Shown here: positions 1 through 11,037 of the stretch, one piece after another | Layout of the letters: every line of letters begins with the position of its first letter | Numbering within the stretch: position 1 is the stretch's first letter | Origin: Anaeramoeba ignava BMAN | Lineage: Eukaryota > Protista > Anaeramoebae | DNA length: 64,000 bases | Direction: 5' to 3' | Assembly (NCBI GenBank): GCA_028826165.1 | Contig: JAPDFW010000007.1 | Location: 1-64,000, forward strand | Translations under genes and position numbers: made by a program | Notes under the pieces: model-generated | Told to the model about the DNA's origin: nothing | Seen by the model: only the letters and a program-made list of their open reading frames with translations | Database searches by the model: none

Positions 1-268
1 TTACTTTTGGATATTTTTTCAATTTGTTTATTTTTCAGGATTTTGATTTGAATATTTGCTTATGTAAATATTCTATTGCTTTTCCATTTTTGAAAAGGAA
101 AATTGTTGAATAATTTCCTGATGAAATTTGTTTAATTTGTTTTTTATTTTCATTTTCATTTTCATTTTCATTTTCAAATTTAAATTGAATTGGTTTTTTT
201 ATTTTATCTGGTTCATTTTTGATAAATATTGGAGCGTTATTGTAACCAAAAAATAAAATTTCATTCAT
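1..268 (-). CDS. RCC1-BTB family protein, 5' part (runs off the left edge)
   Basis: The N-terminus MNEILFFG...KQIKQISSGNYSTIFLFKNGKAIEYL is closely similar to the 14531..16186 paralog. There is an apparent frameshift near 40-55. Confidence 0.75.
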
Positions 269-310
269 TTTTGAAAAAGAAAAAAAATGAAAAAAATATT
301 TTTTGAAATT

Positions 311-2076
311 TTAAATTTTAATTTTAATTTTAATTTTAATTTTGATTTTGATTTTGATTTTGATTTTAATTTTAATTTTGATTTCATCAATTATTTCTTG
401 TGTAATTTGAATTTCATTTTTAATTTGATTTGAATAAATCCAATATTCAAATATTTGAAATGATTTATTACTTAATTCACTATAATCTGTAACTTTATTT
501 GATTTATCTTCTGTTACAGATAAAAACATTCCTCGATATAATTCACTTCTCATTATTAATATTAATTTTGGAAATTTATATTGTTTTTCTTTTCTTTCAA
601 TTATAAAATCTTTTTCATTTTCATTTTCATTTTCATTTAAATAAATTCTTTTCATTGTTTCTTCAATTTTTCATTTGAATTTATAATTTCTTTAATTTCA
701 GAATATAATTTTGGATTTATAATTCTGTTTGAATAAATCATTTCAAATATTTGATTTGATTCTTTAATTGATTTTTTGAAATAATTTCTTGAAGTTTTTC
801 ATTTTGATTTTCATTTTGATTTAATCTATATTTCAATATTAATTTATGAGCTTTGATTATTTCTCCATTTTCTGTTTTAAATGAAATATCACAAAATTCT
901 TTTCTTCTAAATAATTTTATCAAATCTTCTTCAAGATTGGAAAAAGAAAAAGGAGAATAATAAAGAAATGATTTGTAATCTCCACAAGAAATATGATAAT
1001 TGTAAATATCTTCATTAAATCTTAATTTAGGAAGTTCAATTTGAATTGGAATTGATTGATTTTTTGTATCTCCAGTTCCTAATTGACAAAGAAAATTACC
1101 TCCAAATCCAATTAATTTTAAATGGGAAGTTAAAATCAAAGTATGATAATTTCTAACAGAAAAATCAAGAATATTATCATCATTTTCAAATAAAGATGAT
1201 TTGATTTCAGTAAATTCATATATAAGTTTGTTAAGTCCATTATAGTATCTATTTCCACATGAATAAAGTTTTCTTTTTGGATTTTCATTTTCATTTTCAT
1301 TTTCAATCAACATTATTGAATGGTAAAATCCACATTTAATATCAATTATTTTGCCTTTTGGTTAATTTTTGGATTTTGATTAATTTTTGGATTTTTGCTT
1401 CTTTTATTATTGAATTTCCTAATCCAAGTTGACTCCGGTAATTATCACCACATCCAAATAATTCTTGATTTGAATTTAAAAGAAAAACATGATTTGAAAT
1501 AATTTCCTGAAAATATTTTAGAAACATTTTTCATCATTAAAATTGGTTTTTGTGTTTTTTTTAAGTGTTTCAGAATCAAAACCGAGTTGACCATATCGAT
1601 TACAACCAATTCCATAAGCATTTTGATTTGAAATTAATAAGTAAATTGTTTTAAATCCAGAAACAATATCTTGAATTATTCTATCTTTTGTATCTTCAAT
1701 TAATGATGAAATATTGATAAATTCTTTTGGATTTTTTGGATTAATATTATTTCCTTTTGCAAATACATTTCCTTCTTTTGTTAAAATAGCTTCATTTCGT
1801 TCACCAATAGTTACTTTTTGAATATTTTCTTCAATTTGGATTTTTGAAGGATTTTGATTTAAATATTGCTTATTTAAATATTCTATTGCTTTTCCATTTT
1901 TAAAAAGGAAAATTGTTGAATAATAACCTGTTGAAATTTGTTTAATTTGTTTTTCATTTTCATTTTCATTTTCATTTTCAAATTTAAATTGAATTGATTT
2001 TTTTATTTTTTTTGGTTCATTTTTTAATAAGTTTTGGATATTTATTTAAACTAAAAAATAAAATTTCATTCTTCAT
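311..2076 (-). CDS. RCC1-repeat/BTB-BTB protein (several frameshifts, C-terminus truncated; possible pseudogene)
   Basis: ATG at 2076 (MKNEILFF). The pieces contain RCC1 motifs (FGCGDNYRSQLGLG, GFGGNFLCQLGTG) and BTB motifs (FCDISF..IKAHKLIL; KFPKLILIMRSELYRGMF), colinear with the 16186 paralog. Confidence 0.75.
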
Positions 2077-2245
2077 TTTTAAAAAGAAAAGAAAAGAAAA
2101 GAAAAGAAGAAAAAGAAATTTTAATTAAAAAAGTGGATAATTTTTTTTTTCATTTTTTTTTTCCTTTTTTTAATTAAATTTCTTTTTGTTATTTTTTATT
2201 TTTTTTGTGTTTGTGTTTGTGTTGTTTTTTTTTCTTTTTAGGTGA

Positions 2246-4720
2246 ATGAATCCTTTTCCAGAATTAATGTTTCAAAAAGAAAATCTAAATGGAAATCTAA
2301 ATGGAAATCAAAATCAAAATCAAAATCAAAATCAAAATCAAAATGGAAATGATAATGAATTTGTTAATGATCTTGGCATTGACAATCAGCTCCAAAATGT
2401 TAATCCTGATGACTTTTCCTTTATAAATCAAAGTCAAAATGATAGTCCTGTTGACTTTTCCTTTTTGAATCAAAGTCAAAATGATAGTCCTGTTGACCTT
2501 TCCTTTTTGAATCAAAGTCAAAATGAAATTGACACTGAAAATTATTTTGCAAATTTTCCTTCAGTTGGAATTGGAGATAACATTCAAAAGTCTTCTTCTA
2601 ATTCAGATTGCTTTATCGATAATGAACTTTTTCCTTTGTTTGGTGCTACTTGTCATTTTGATGAAGGTTTTGATGTTCCTGAATTTGATCCTAAAATTGA
2701 ACTTGAACTTGATCCTGAACTTTATAATTTTACAAATCAACTCAAATCAATAAATCAAAATCAACTCAAATCAATAAATCAAAATCAACTTAAATCAATA
2801 AATCAAAATCAATTTAAATCAATAAATCAAAATCAATTTGAATCAATAAATCAAAATCAATTTGAATCAATAAATCAATTTGAATCAACAAATCCAAATC
2901 AATTTGAATCAACAAATCAAATTAAATCAACAAATCTAAATCAATTTGAATCAATAAATCAAAATCAATTTAAATCAATAAATCAAATTAAATCAAAATC
3001 AAATCAAAATCAACTTAAATCAAAAAATCAAAATCAATTTGAATTATTAAATCCAAATCCAAATCAATTTAAATCAAAAATTGAAATTGAATCTAAATTA
3101 CCAAATCTAAATCAAAATGAATTTGAATCAATAAATCAAAATCAATTTGAATTATTAAATCCAAATCCAAATAAATTTAAATCAACAAACCCAAATCAAT
3201 TTAAATCAATAAATCAAAATCAATTTAAATCAATAAATCAAAATCAATTTAAATCAATAAACCAAAATCAAATTAAATCAATAAACCAAAATCAAATTAA
3301 ATCAATAAATCAAAATCAATTTGAATCAATAAATCAATTTAAATCAACAAACCCAAATCAATTTAAATCAACAAACCCAAATCAATTTAAATCAACAAAC
3401 CCAAATCAATTTAAATCAATAAATCAAAATCAATTTGAATCAATAAATCAAAATCAATTTGAATCAATAAATCAAAATCAATTTAAATCAATAAATCAAA
3501 ATCAATTTGAATCAATAAATCAAAATCAATTTGAATCAATAAATCAAAATCAATTTGAATCAATAAATCAAAATCAATTTGAATCAATAAATCCAAATCA
3601 AATTAAATCAAAATCAAATCAAAATCAACTTAAATCAAAAAACCCAAATCAATTTAAATCAATAAATCAAAATCAATTTGAATCAATAAATCCAAATCAA
3701 ATTAAATCAATAAATCAAAATCAATTTGAATCAATAAATCAAAATCAACTTAAATCAATAAATCAAAATCAATTTGAATCAATAAATCCAAATCAAATTA
3801 AATCAACAAATCAAAATCAATTTGAATCAAAAAATGAAATTGAATCTAAATTGCCAAATCTAAATCAAAATGAATTTGAATCAAAAAACCAAAATCAATT
3901 TGAATCAAAATCAAATCAAAATCAAATTAAATTTGAATCAAAAAATCAGTTTGAATTTGAATTTGAATTTAAATCAAAAAATCAAAATCAAAATCAAAAT
4001 CTAAATCGAATTAAATTATCAAATCAAAACCAAATTAAATTTGAATCCACAAATCAAAATTTACAACGACCTAACCATTTTAATTCAAAACGACCTAATT
4101 CAAATCTTTTTCCTTTTCCTTCATTAACAGCTCCTGTTGATGGAAGAAAAGGAAAAATAAACCCAAGTAATTTTTCTGATCTTGATAATCGATCTTCGAT
4201 TAAAGATCAGAAAAAAAATCAGAATTTTGTTCAAAATAGTGGAAAAAACACTCAATATTCTAAAAAAAAAACAAACAAAAAAAGAAAATCAAAATCAAAA
4301 TCAATTTTCAAAAATCAAAATCAAAATCAAATTCAAATTCAAAATGAAATTCAAAATGAAAATGTGAAAAAACAAAAAACATTTTCTTTAAATCAATCTC
4401 ATGGTGAAAGATTAGATATCATTGCAGAATTATATCCTGGATTAATTAAAGGTTGGACAAAAACAACTTTTAAAGATTTTAAACATTCCAAAAATGTTCC
4501 AGAAAAAGTTGAAATTGATTTAAAAATTCTTGATATTATTGATCAAAATTCAGAAAAAAGAAATGAAAATTCTCAAATTAAAAAGAAATCAAGAAATAAA
4601 CCAAGAAATAATTTCAGAAAAGCAATTCCAAGATTTTTAGAAAATACCATGAAAATGATTCCTGATCCAAAAAACAAAAATAATCGAAAAACAATTATTT
4701 TTTTCAAAACTTCAAATTAA
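2246..4720 (+). CDS. Low-complexity N/Q-rich protein with an acidic N-terminus and basic C-terminal domain
   Basis: Intact 824-aa ORF with three DxSFxNQSQN repeats, a long (NQNQFESI/NQNQFKSI)n tract and a unique basic C-terminus. Confidence 0.7.
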   Translation: MNPFPELMFQKENLNGNLNGNQNQNQNQNQNQNGNDNEFVNDLGIDNQLQNVNPDDFSFINQSQNDSPVDFSFLNQSQNDSPVDLSFLNQSQNEIDTENYFANFPSVGIGDNIQKSSSNSDCFIDNELFPLFGATCHFDEGFDVPEFDPKIELELDPELYNFTNQLKSINQNQLKSINQNQLKSINQNQFKSINQNQFESINQNQFESINQFESTNPNQFESTNQIKSTNLNQFESINQNQFKSINQIKSKSNQNQLKSKNQNQFELLNPNPNQFKSKIEIESKLPNLNQNEFESINQNQFELLNPNPNKFKSTNPNQFKSINQNQFKSINQNQFKSINQNQIKSINQNQIKSINQNQFESINQFKSTNPNQFKSTNPNQFKSTNPNQFKSINQNQFESINQNQFESINQNQFKSINQNQFESINQNQFESINQNQFESINQNQFESINPNQIKSKSNQNQLKSKNPNQFKSINQNQFESINPNQIKSINQNQFESINQNQLKSINQNQFESINPNQIKSTNQNQFESKNEIESKLPNLNQNEFESKNQNQFESKSNQNQIKFESKNQFEFEFEFKSKNQNQNQNLNRIKLSNQNQIKFESTNQNLQRPNHFNSKRPNSNLFPFPSLTAPVDGRKGKINPSNFSDLDNRSSIKDQKKNQNFVQNSGKNTQYSKKKTNKKRKSKSKSIFKNQNQNQIQIQNEIQNENVKKQKTFSLNQSHGERLDIIAELYPGLIKGWTKTTFKDFKHSKNVPEKVEIDLKILDIIDQNSEKRNENSQIKKKSRNKPRNNFRKAIPRFLENTMKMIPDPKNKNNRKTIIFFKTSN

Positions 4721-4759
4721 AAAAATTTTATTCAAATTTTATTCTTCAAATTTTTTTTT

Positions 4760-7700
4760 TTAAACAAAATTAAGTAAAAATTTATCAAAAATTGAATTTT
4801 GATTTAATTGATAATATTCTGAAATATCAATATATTCTGAAATATTTTCTTTGGTTATTTTTGTTTCATCAATTTTATCATTATAAAGAAAATAAATTAA
4901 TTGATTAATTGTTTCAAATGATTTTTCTGAATAATCATGAACTTGATTAGTTGAATCTGATGTATTTAATAAAAACATTCCTTTGAATAATTCACTTCTT
5001 ATTTGTAATATTAATTTATGAAGTTTGATTTCTTTTTCTTCAATAATTATTGTAAAATCTTTTGGTTTCATTTTTGTTCATATAATTTTCCAAAATCTTT
5101 TAATATTCCTCTTATTCCTTCTTTTTCTTTAATCCATTTGGAATCAAATCCATTTTCTTTAAATAAATCATAAATTAATATTTTTTCATATTTTTCATTT
5201 TTATTTTCAATTTCATTTAAAATTAATTCTTGTTCTTTTTTTTGTTCTTCAAATTCAATTTCATTTGAAAAAAAGAATTTATAATCTGAATAAATTTGTG
5301 ATTTTTGAATAAATTTTTGATTAAATTTTTCAATAAATTTATCAAAATCAATAAATCCTGTATAAAGAAAATTTAATGCAAATTGAATAATTTCTTTTGG
5401 TTTTCTTCTGCAAATATTGATAAATTTTGTTAAAATTTTTGGATTATTATTAAATCTAATTAATAAAATTTGTTTATGAACTTTGATTATTGATCCATCA
5501 TTACTTTTAATTTCAATATTTGTAAATTCATTTGATTTCAAAAAATTGTTTAAATCTTCATTAAATGAATAAATTTTTGGAAATAAATCAATCATTTCTT
5601 GAGTAATTCGATTTTTTTCTAATTCAAAAATATTCAAATCTCTCATTAAAAGAATTTTGATTTCATTTGAATATTTATTTTGTAAAGCAATATCTAATGG
5701 TATTTCATTCCATTTGCTTTTTAAATTAATATTAGATCCTTTGGAAATTAATAATTCAATAATTTCATTTGAATTTTGATTTTTAAAGCAATATTTAAAG
5801 GTATTTCATTCCATTTGTTTTTTGAATTAAGATCAGATCCTTTGCAAATTAATAATTCAATAATTTCATTTGGATATTTATTTTCCAAAGCAATATGTAA
5901 AGGTATTTGATTCCATTGGTTTTTTAAATTAACATCAGATCCTTTGGAAATTAATAATTCAATAATTTCTTTTAGATATTTATTTTTCAAAAGCAATATG
6001 TAAAAAGGTATTTGATTTTCATTATTTTTGAATTAATATCAGATCCTTTGGAAATTAATAATTCAATAATTTGATTTGGATATTTATTTTTTAAGGCAAT
6101 ATGTAAAGGTATTTCATTTTGATTATTTTTGGAATTAATATCAGATCCTTTAGAAATTAATAATTCAATAATTTGATTTGGATATTTATTTTTCAATGCA
6201 AAATGTAAAGGTATTTCATTTCCATCTATTTTTAAATTAATATCAGATCCTTTGGAAATTAATAATTCAATAATTTCTTTTGGATATTTATTTTTTAAAA
6301 CAAAATGTAAAGGTATTTCATTTTGATTATTTTTGGAATTAATATCAGATCCTTTGGAAATTAATAATTCAATAATTTGATTTGGATATTTATTTTTTAA
6401 AACAAAATGTAAAGGTATTTCATTTTGATTATTTTTGGAATTAATATCAGATCCTTTGGAAATTAATAATTTGATAATTTGATTTGGATTTTTATTTTTC
6501 AAAGCAATATGTAAAGGTATTTCATCTTGATTATTTTTGGAATTAAGATTAGATCCTTTGTAAATTAATAATTCAATAATTTGATTTGAATATTTATTTT
6601 GTAAAGCAATATGTAAAGGTGTTTCATTTTGATTATTTTTGGAATTAATATCAGATCCTTTGGAAATTAATAATTCAATAATTTGATTTGGATATTTATT
6701 TTGTAAAGCAATATGTAAAGGTGTTTCATCTTGATTATTTTTGGAATTAATATCAGATCCTTTAGAAATTAATAATTCAATAATTTCATTTGAATATTTA
6801 TTTTGTAAAGCAATATGTAAAAGGTATTTCATTTTGATTATTTTTGAATTAATATCAGATCCTTTGGAAATTAATAATTTAGTAATTTCATTTGGATTTT
6901 TATTTTGTAAAGCAATATGTAAAGGTGTTTTATTCCGTTTATTTTTGGAATTAATATCAGATCCTTTGGAAATTAATAATTTGATAATTTGATTTGGATA
7001 TTTATTTTATAAAGCAATATGTAAAGGTATTTCATTTTGATTATTTTTGGAATTAATATCAGATCCTTTGGAAATTAATAATTTAATAATTTGATTTGGA
7101 TTTTTATTTTGTAAAGCAATGTGTAAAGGTATTTCGTTCCAATAGTTTTTTGAATTAAGATTAGAATCTTTGGAAATTAATAATTTAATAATTTGATTTG
7201 AATATTTATTTTGTAAAGCAATATGTAAAGGTATTTCATTTTGATTATTTTTGGAATTAATATCAACTCCTTTGGAAATTAATAATTTGATAATTTCATT
7301 TGGATTTTTATTTTGTAAAGCAATATGTAAAGGTGTTTCATTTTGATTATTTTTGGAATTAATATCAGATTCTTTGGAAATTAATAATTTGATAATTTCA
7401 TTTGAACATTTATTTTGTAAAGCAATATGTAAAGGTATTTCATTTTGATTATTTTTGGAATTAATATCAGATCCTTTGGAAATTAATAATTCAATAATTT
7501 CATTTGAATTTTTATTTTGTAAAGCAATGTGTAAAGGTATTTCGTTCCAATAGTTTTTTGAATTAAGATTAGAATCTTTGGAAATTAATAATTTAATAAT
7601 TTGATTTGGATATTTATTTTGTAAAGCAATATGTAAAGGTGTTTCATTTTGATTATTTTTGGAATTAATATCAACTCCTTTAGAAATTAATAATTTAATA

Positions 7701-9085
7701 ATTTCATTTGAATATTGATTTTGTAAAGCAATATGTAAAGGCATTTCATTTTGATTATTTTTGGAATTAAGATCAGATCCTTTGGAAATTAATAATTCAA
7801 TAATTTCATTTGAATATTTATTTTTTAAAGCAATATGTAAAGGTGTTTCATTTTGATTATTTTTGGAATTAATATCAGATTCTTTGGAAATTAATAATTC
7901 AATAATTTGATTTGAATATTTATTTTTTAAAGCAATATGTAAAGGTATTTCATTTTGATTATTTTTGGAATTAATATCAACTCCTTTAGAAATTAATAAT
8001 TTAATAATTTCATTTGAATATTTATTTTGTAAAGCAATATGTAAAGGTAATTCATTTTGATTATTTTTGGGATTAATATTAGATTCTTTGGAAATTAATA
8101 ATTCAATAATTTGATTTGGATATTTATTTTGTAAAGCAATATGTAAAGGTATTTCATTCCATCTATGCATTAAATTAATATTAGATCCTTTGGAAATTAA
8201 TAATTCAATAATTTGATTTGAATATTTATTTTGTAAAGCAATATCTAAAGGTATTTCATTTTGATTATTTTTGGAATTAATATCAGATTCTTTGGAAATT
8301 AATAATTCAATAATTTCATTTGGATTTTTATTTTGTAAAGCAATATGTAAAGGTGTTTTATTCCATCTATTTTTTGAATTAATATTAGATCCTTTAGAAA
8401 TTAATAATTCAATAATTTCATTTGAATATTGATTTTTCAAAGCAATATGTAAAGATGTTTCATTTTTATTATTTTTGGAATTAAGATTAGCTCCTTTGTA
8501 AATTAATAATTCAATAATTTCATTTGAATATTTATTTTTCAATGCAAAATGTAAAGGTGTTTCATTTTGATAATTTTTTGAATTAAGATTAGCTCCTTTG
8601 GAAATTAATAATTCAATAATTTCATTTGAATATTGATTTTCCAATGCAAAATGTAAAGGTATTTCATTTTTATTATTTTTGGAATTAATATTAGATCCTT
8701 TGGAAATTAATAATTCAATAATTTCTTTTGAATATTTATATTGTAAAGCAATATCTAAAGGTGTTTTATTCCATTTATTTTTGGAATTAAGATCAGCTCC
8801 TTTAGAAATTAATAATTCAATAATTTCTTTTGAATTTTGATATTGTAAAGCAATATGTAAAGGTGTATTTTTATAATAATCAACACAATTTAGGTTTGTT
8901 CCTTTTTCAATAATTTTTTGAATAATTTCATTTGATGAATTGTTTTTTAGAGCATAAAATATAAAAGATTCATTTTCTTTTTCAATTTTTTTTGAGCCTC
9001 TTAAAGTTGGAATTGAATCAAAAAATTTAAGATTATTTGTTTTAATTGCTTTATAAACTTTATTTAATTTTTTTTTTGAATTCAT
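4760..9085 (-). CDS. Ankyrin-repeat (~33 units) BTB-BTB protein, copy A; in-frame TAA and frameshifts
   Basis: 33-aa ankyrin units (PLHIAL...IIELLISKGSDINSKN) are followed by BTB motifs (IKVHKQILLIR; KLHKLILQIRSELFKGMF). ORFs 7007..9085, 5987..6832, 5748..5996, 5068..5646 and 4760..5071 are colinear with the 30751..35046 protein. Confidence 0.85.
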
Positions 9086-9384
9086 TATTTAAAAAATTAT
9101 TTTTAAACAAATTTAAAAGAAATAAAAGAAAGAAAAGAAAAAAATGGAAAAAATTTTATTCTTTTTTTTTTCTTTTAAATCAATAAAATAAAAATGAATG
9201 ACATCATTCAATTTAAATTAATTTTAATTAAAAAAAATAAATTAAAAAATGAGTGACATAATCCAATTTTTTATTTTATTTTATTCTTTTTTTTTTGATC
9301 AAATTCCACTTTTTATTTTTTATTTAAACAAAAAAAAGGAAAAAAAAATTTGAGAAAAGAAATAACAATAAATTTATAATTTAA

Positions 9385-10180
9385 AAATAAATTATAAATA
9401 AATTATAATTAATTTCCATTTTAAATTATGAAATAAAATAAATCAAAATATTTAATAAATAAAATATAGAAATTGGAATAATAAATATTGAGATATTAAT
9501 CAATTTTATAAATATTTTGATATATTTTAAAAATAAATTATAAATAAATTATAAATAATTTCCATTTTAAATTATGAAATAAAATAAATCAAAATATTTA
9601 ATAAATAAAATATAGAAATTGAAATAATAAATATTAAGATATTAATCAATTTTATAAATATTTTGATATATTTTTAAAATAAATTATAAATAAATTATAA
9701 ATAATTTCTATTTTTAAATTTTGGGATAAAATAAATCAAAATATTTAATAAATAAAATATAAAAATTAGAATAATAAATATTAAGATATTAATCAATTTT
9801 TATAAATATTTTGATATATTTTAAAAATAAATTATAAATAAATTATAATTAATTTCCATTTTAAATTATGAAATAAAATAAATCAAAAAATATTTAATAA
9901 ATAAAATATAGAAATTGAAATAATAAATATTAAGATATTAATCAATTTTATAAATATTTTGATATAATTTTAAAAATAAATTATAAATAAATTATAATTA
10001 ATTTCTATTTTAAATTTTGGGATAAAATAAATCAAAATATTTAATAAATAAAATATAGAAATTAGAATAATAAATATTAAGATATTAATCAATTTTATAA
10101 ATATTTTGATATAATTTTAAAATGAATTATAAATAAATTATAATTAATTTCTATTTTAAATTATGAAATAAAATAAATTA
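9385..10180. repeat. Tandem array, ~147-bp unit, about 5.5 copies, upstream of ankyrin-BTB copy A
   Basis: The unit (…tttccattttaaattatgaaataaaataaatcaaaatatttaata…gatattaatcaattttataaatattttgatat…) starts near 9385, 9531, 9677, 9825, 9974 and 10120. Confidence 0.9.
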
Positions 10181-10964
10181 ACACAAATTCCACTTTTCAA
10201 AATAATATTTTCCTTTTTTTTTGATTAAATTTAAATATTGAAAATTTAATTTTATCACATTTATTTAATAAAATTATTATTATTATTTGAAATTTTTTAG
10301 AGAATTTAATAAAATGATATTTTTATGAATAAATTCTGTTTCTAATGAAAATTGAAAAATTTTTTGATTTTTGTAATTTAAATAAATAAATCAATTTTTT
10401 GGTTTTGTTTTGTTCTTATTTTTATTAATAAATCAATTTTAATTTATTAAAAAAAAAAAGGATATTTTCAATTCAAATTAATTCAACAAAAAAAAAATTA
10501 TTATTGAACATTTCAAAATTAATTTTTAAATTTAAGGAAAATTTTCCCTAAATTTCCATTTTGATTTTAAATCAATCTTAACAAAAAAAAATTTCAAAGA
10601 AAAAGAAAAAGAAAAAGAAAAAGAAATTATTTTTAAAAATTTTTTTATTTTCTTTTAATTCTTTTATTTTATTTTTAAAAATTTGAATTTTTGAATTTTT
10701 AAATTCTTAAATTCTAAATTCTAAATTATTTCTTTTTGAAAATTAAATTAATTCCAAATTTTTTTTATTTTTGATTTTGATTTAAATAATAAAAAAATAA
10801 AAATAAGAAGAAAAAGGAAAAAAATTTTTTTTTTGGAGAATTAAATTAAATTCCACTTTTTTTTTCTTTAAATAAAAAATAAAAAAAAAATAAAAAAAAT
10901 AAAAAATAAAAATAACTCAAAAAAAATAAAAAAAAAAAAAAAAAATAAAAATAACTAAAAATAA

Positions 10965-11037
10965 CTCCCGAGGCCGGGCTCGAACCGACGACATTTTGGT
11001 TAAAAGCCAAACGCTCTACCGACTGAGCTACCCGGGA
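10965..11037 (-). tRNA. tRNA-Lys(UUU)
   Basis: The minus strand reads TCCCGGG TA GCTCAGTCGGTAGAGC G TTTGG CTTTTAA CCAAA ATGTC GTCGG TTCGAGC CCGGC CTCGGGA G. This forms a full cloverleaf with anticodon TTT, followed by T-runs. Confidence 0.97.

Noticed and set aside
7007-7009. Genome-wide TAA=Gln reassignment
   Set aside because: TAA terminates NAA20, USP, symplekin, FAM91A1 and the BTB genes at the expected ends, and long ORFs lack internal TAA.
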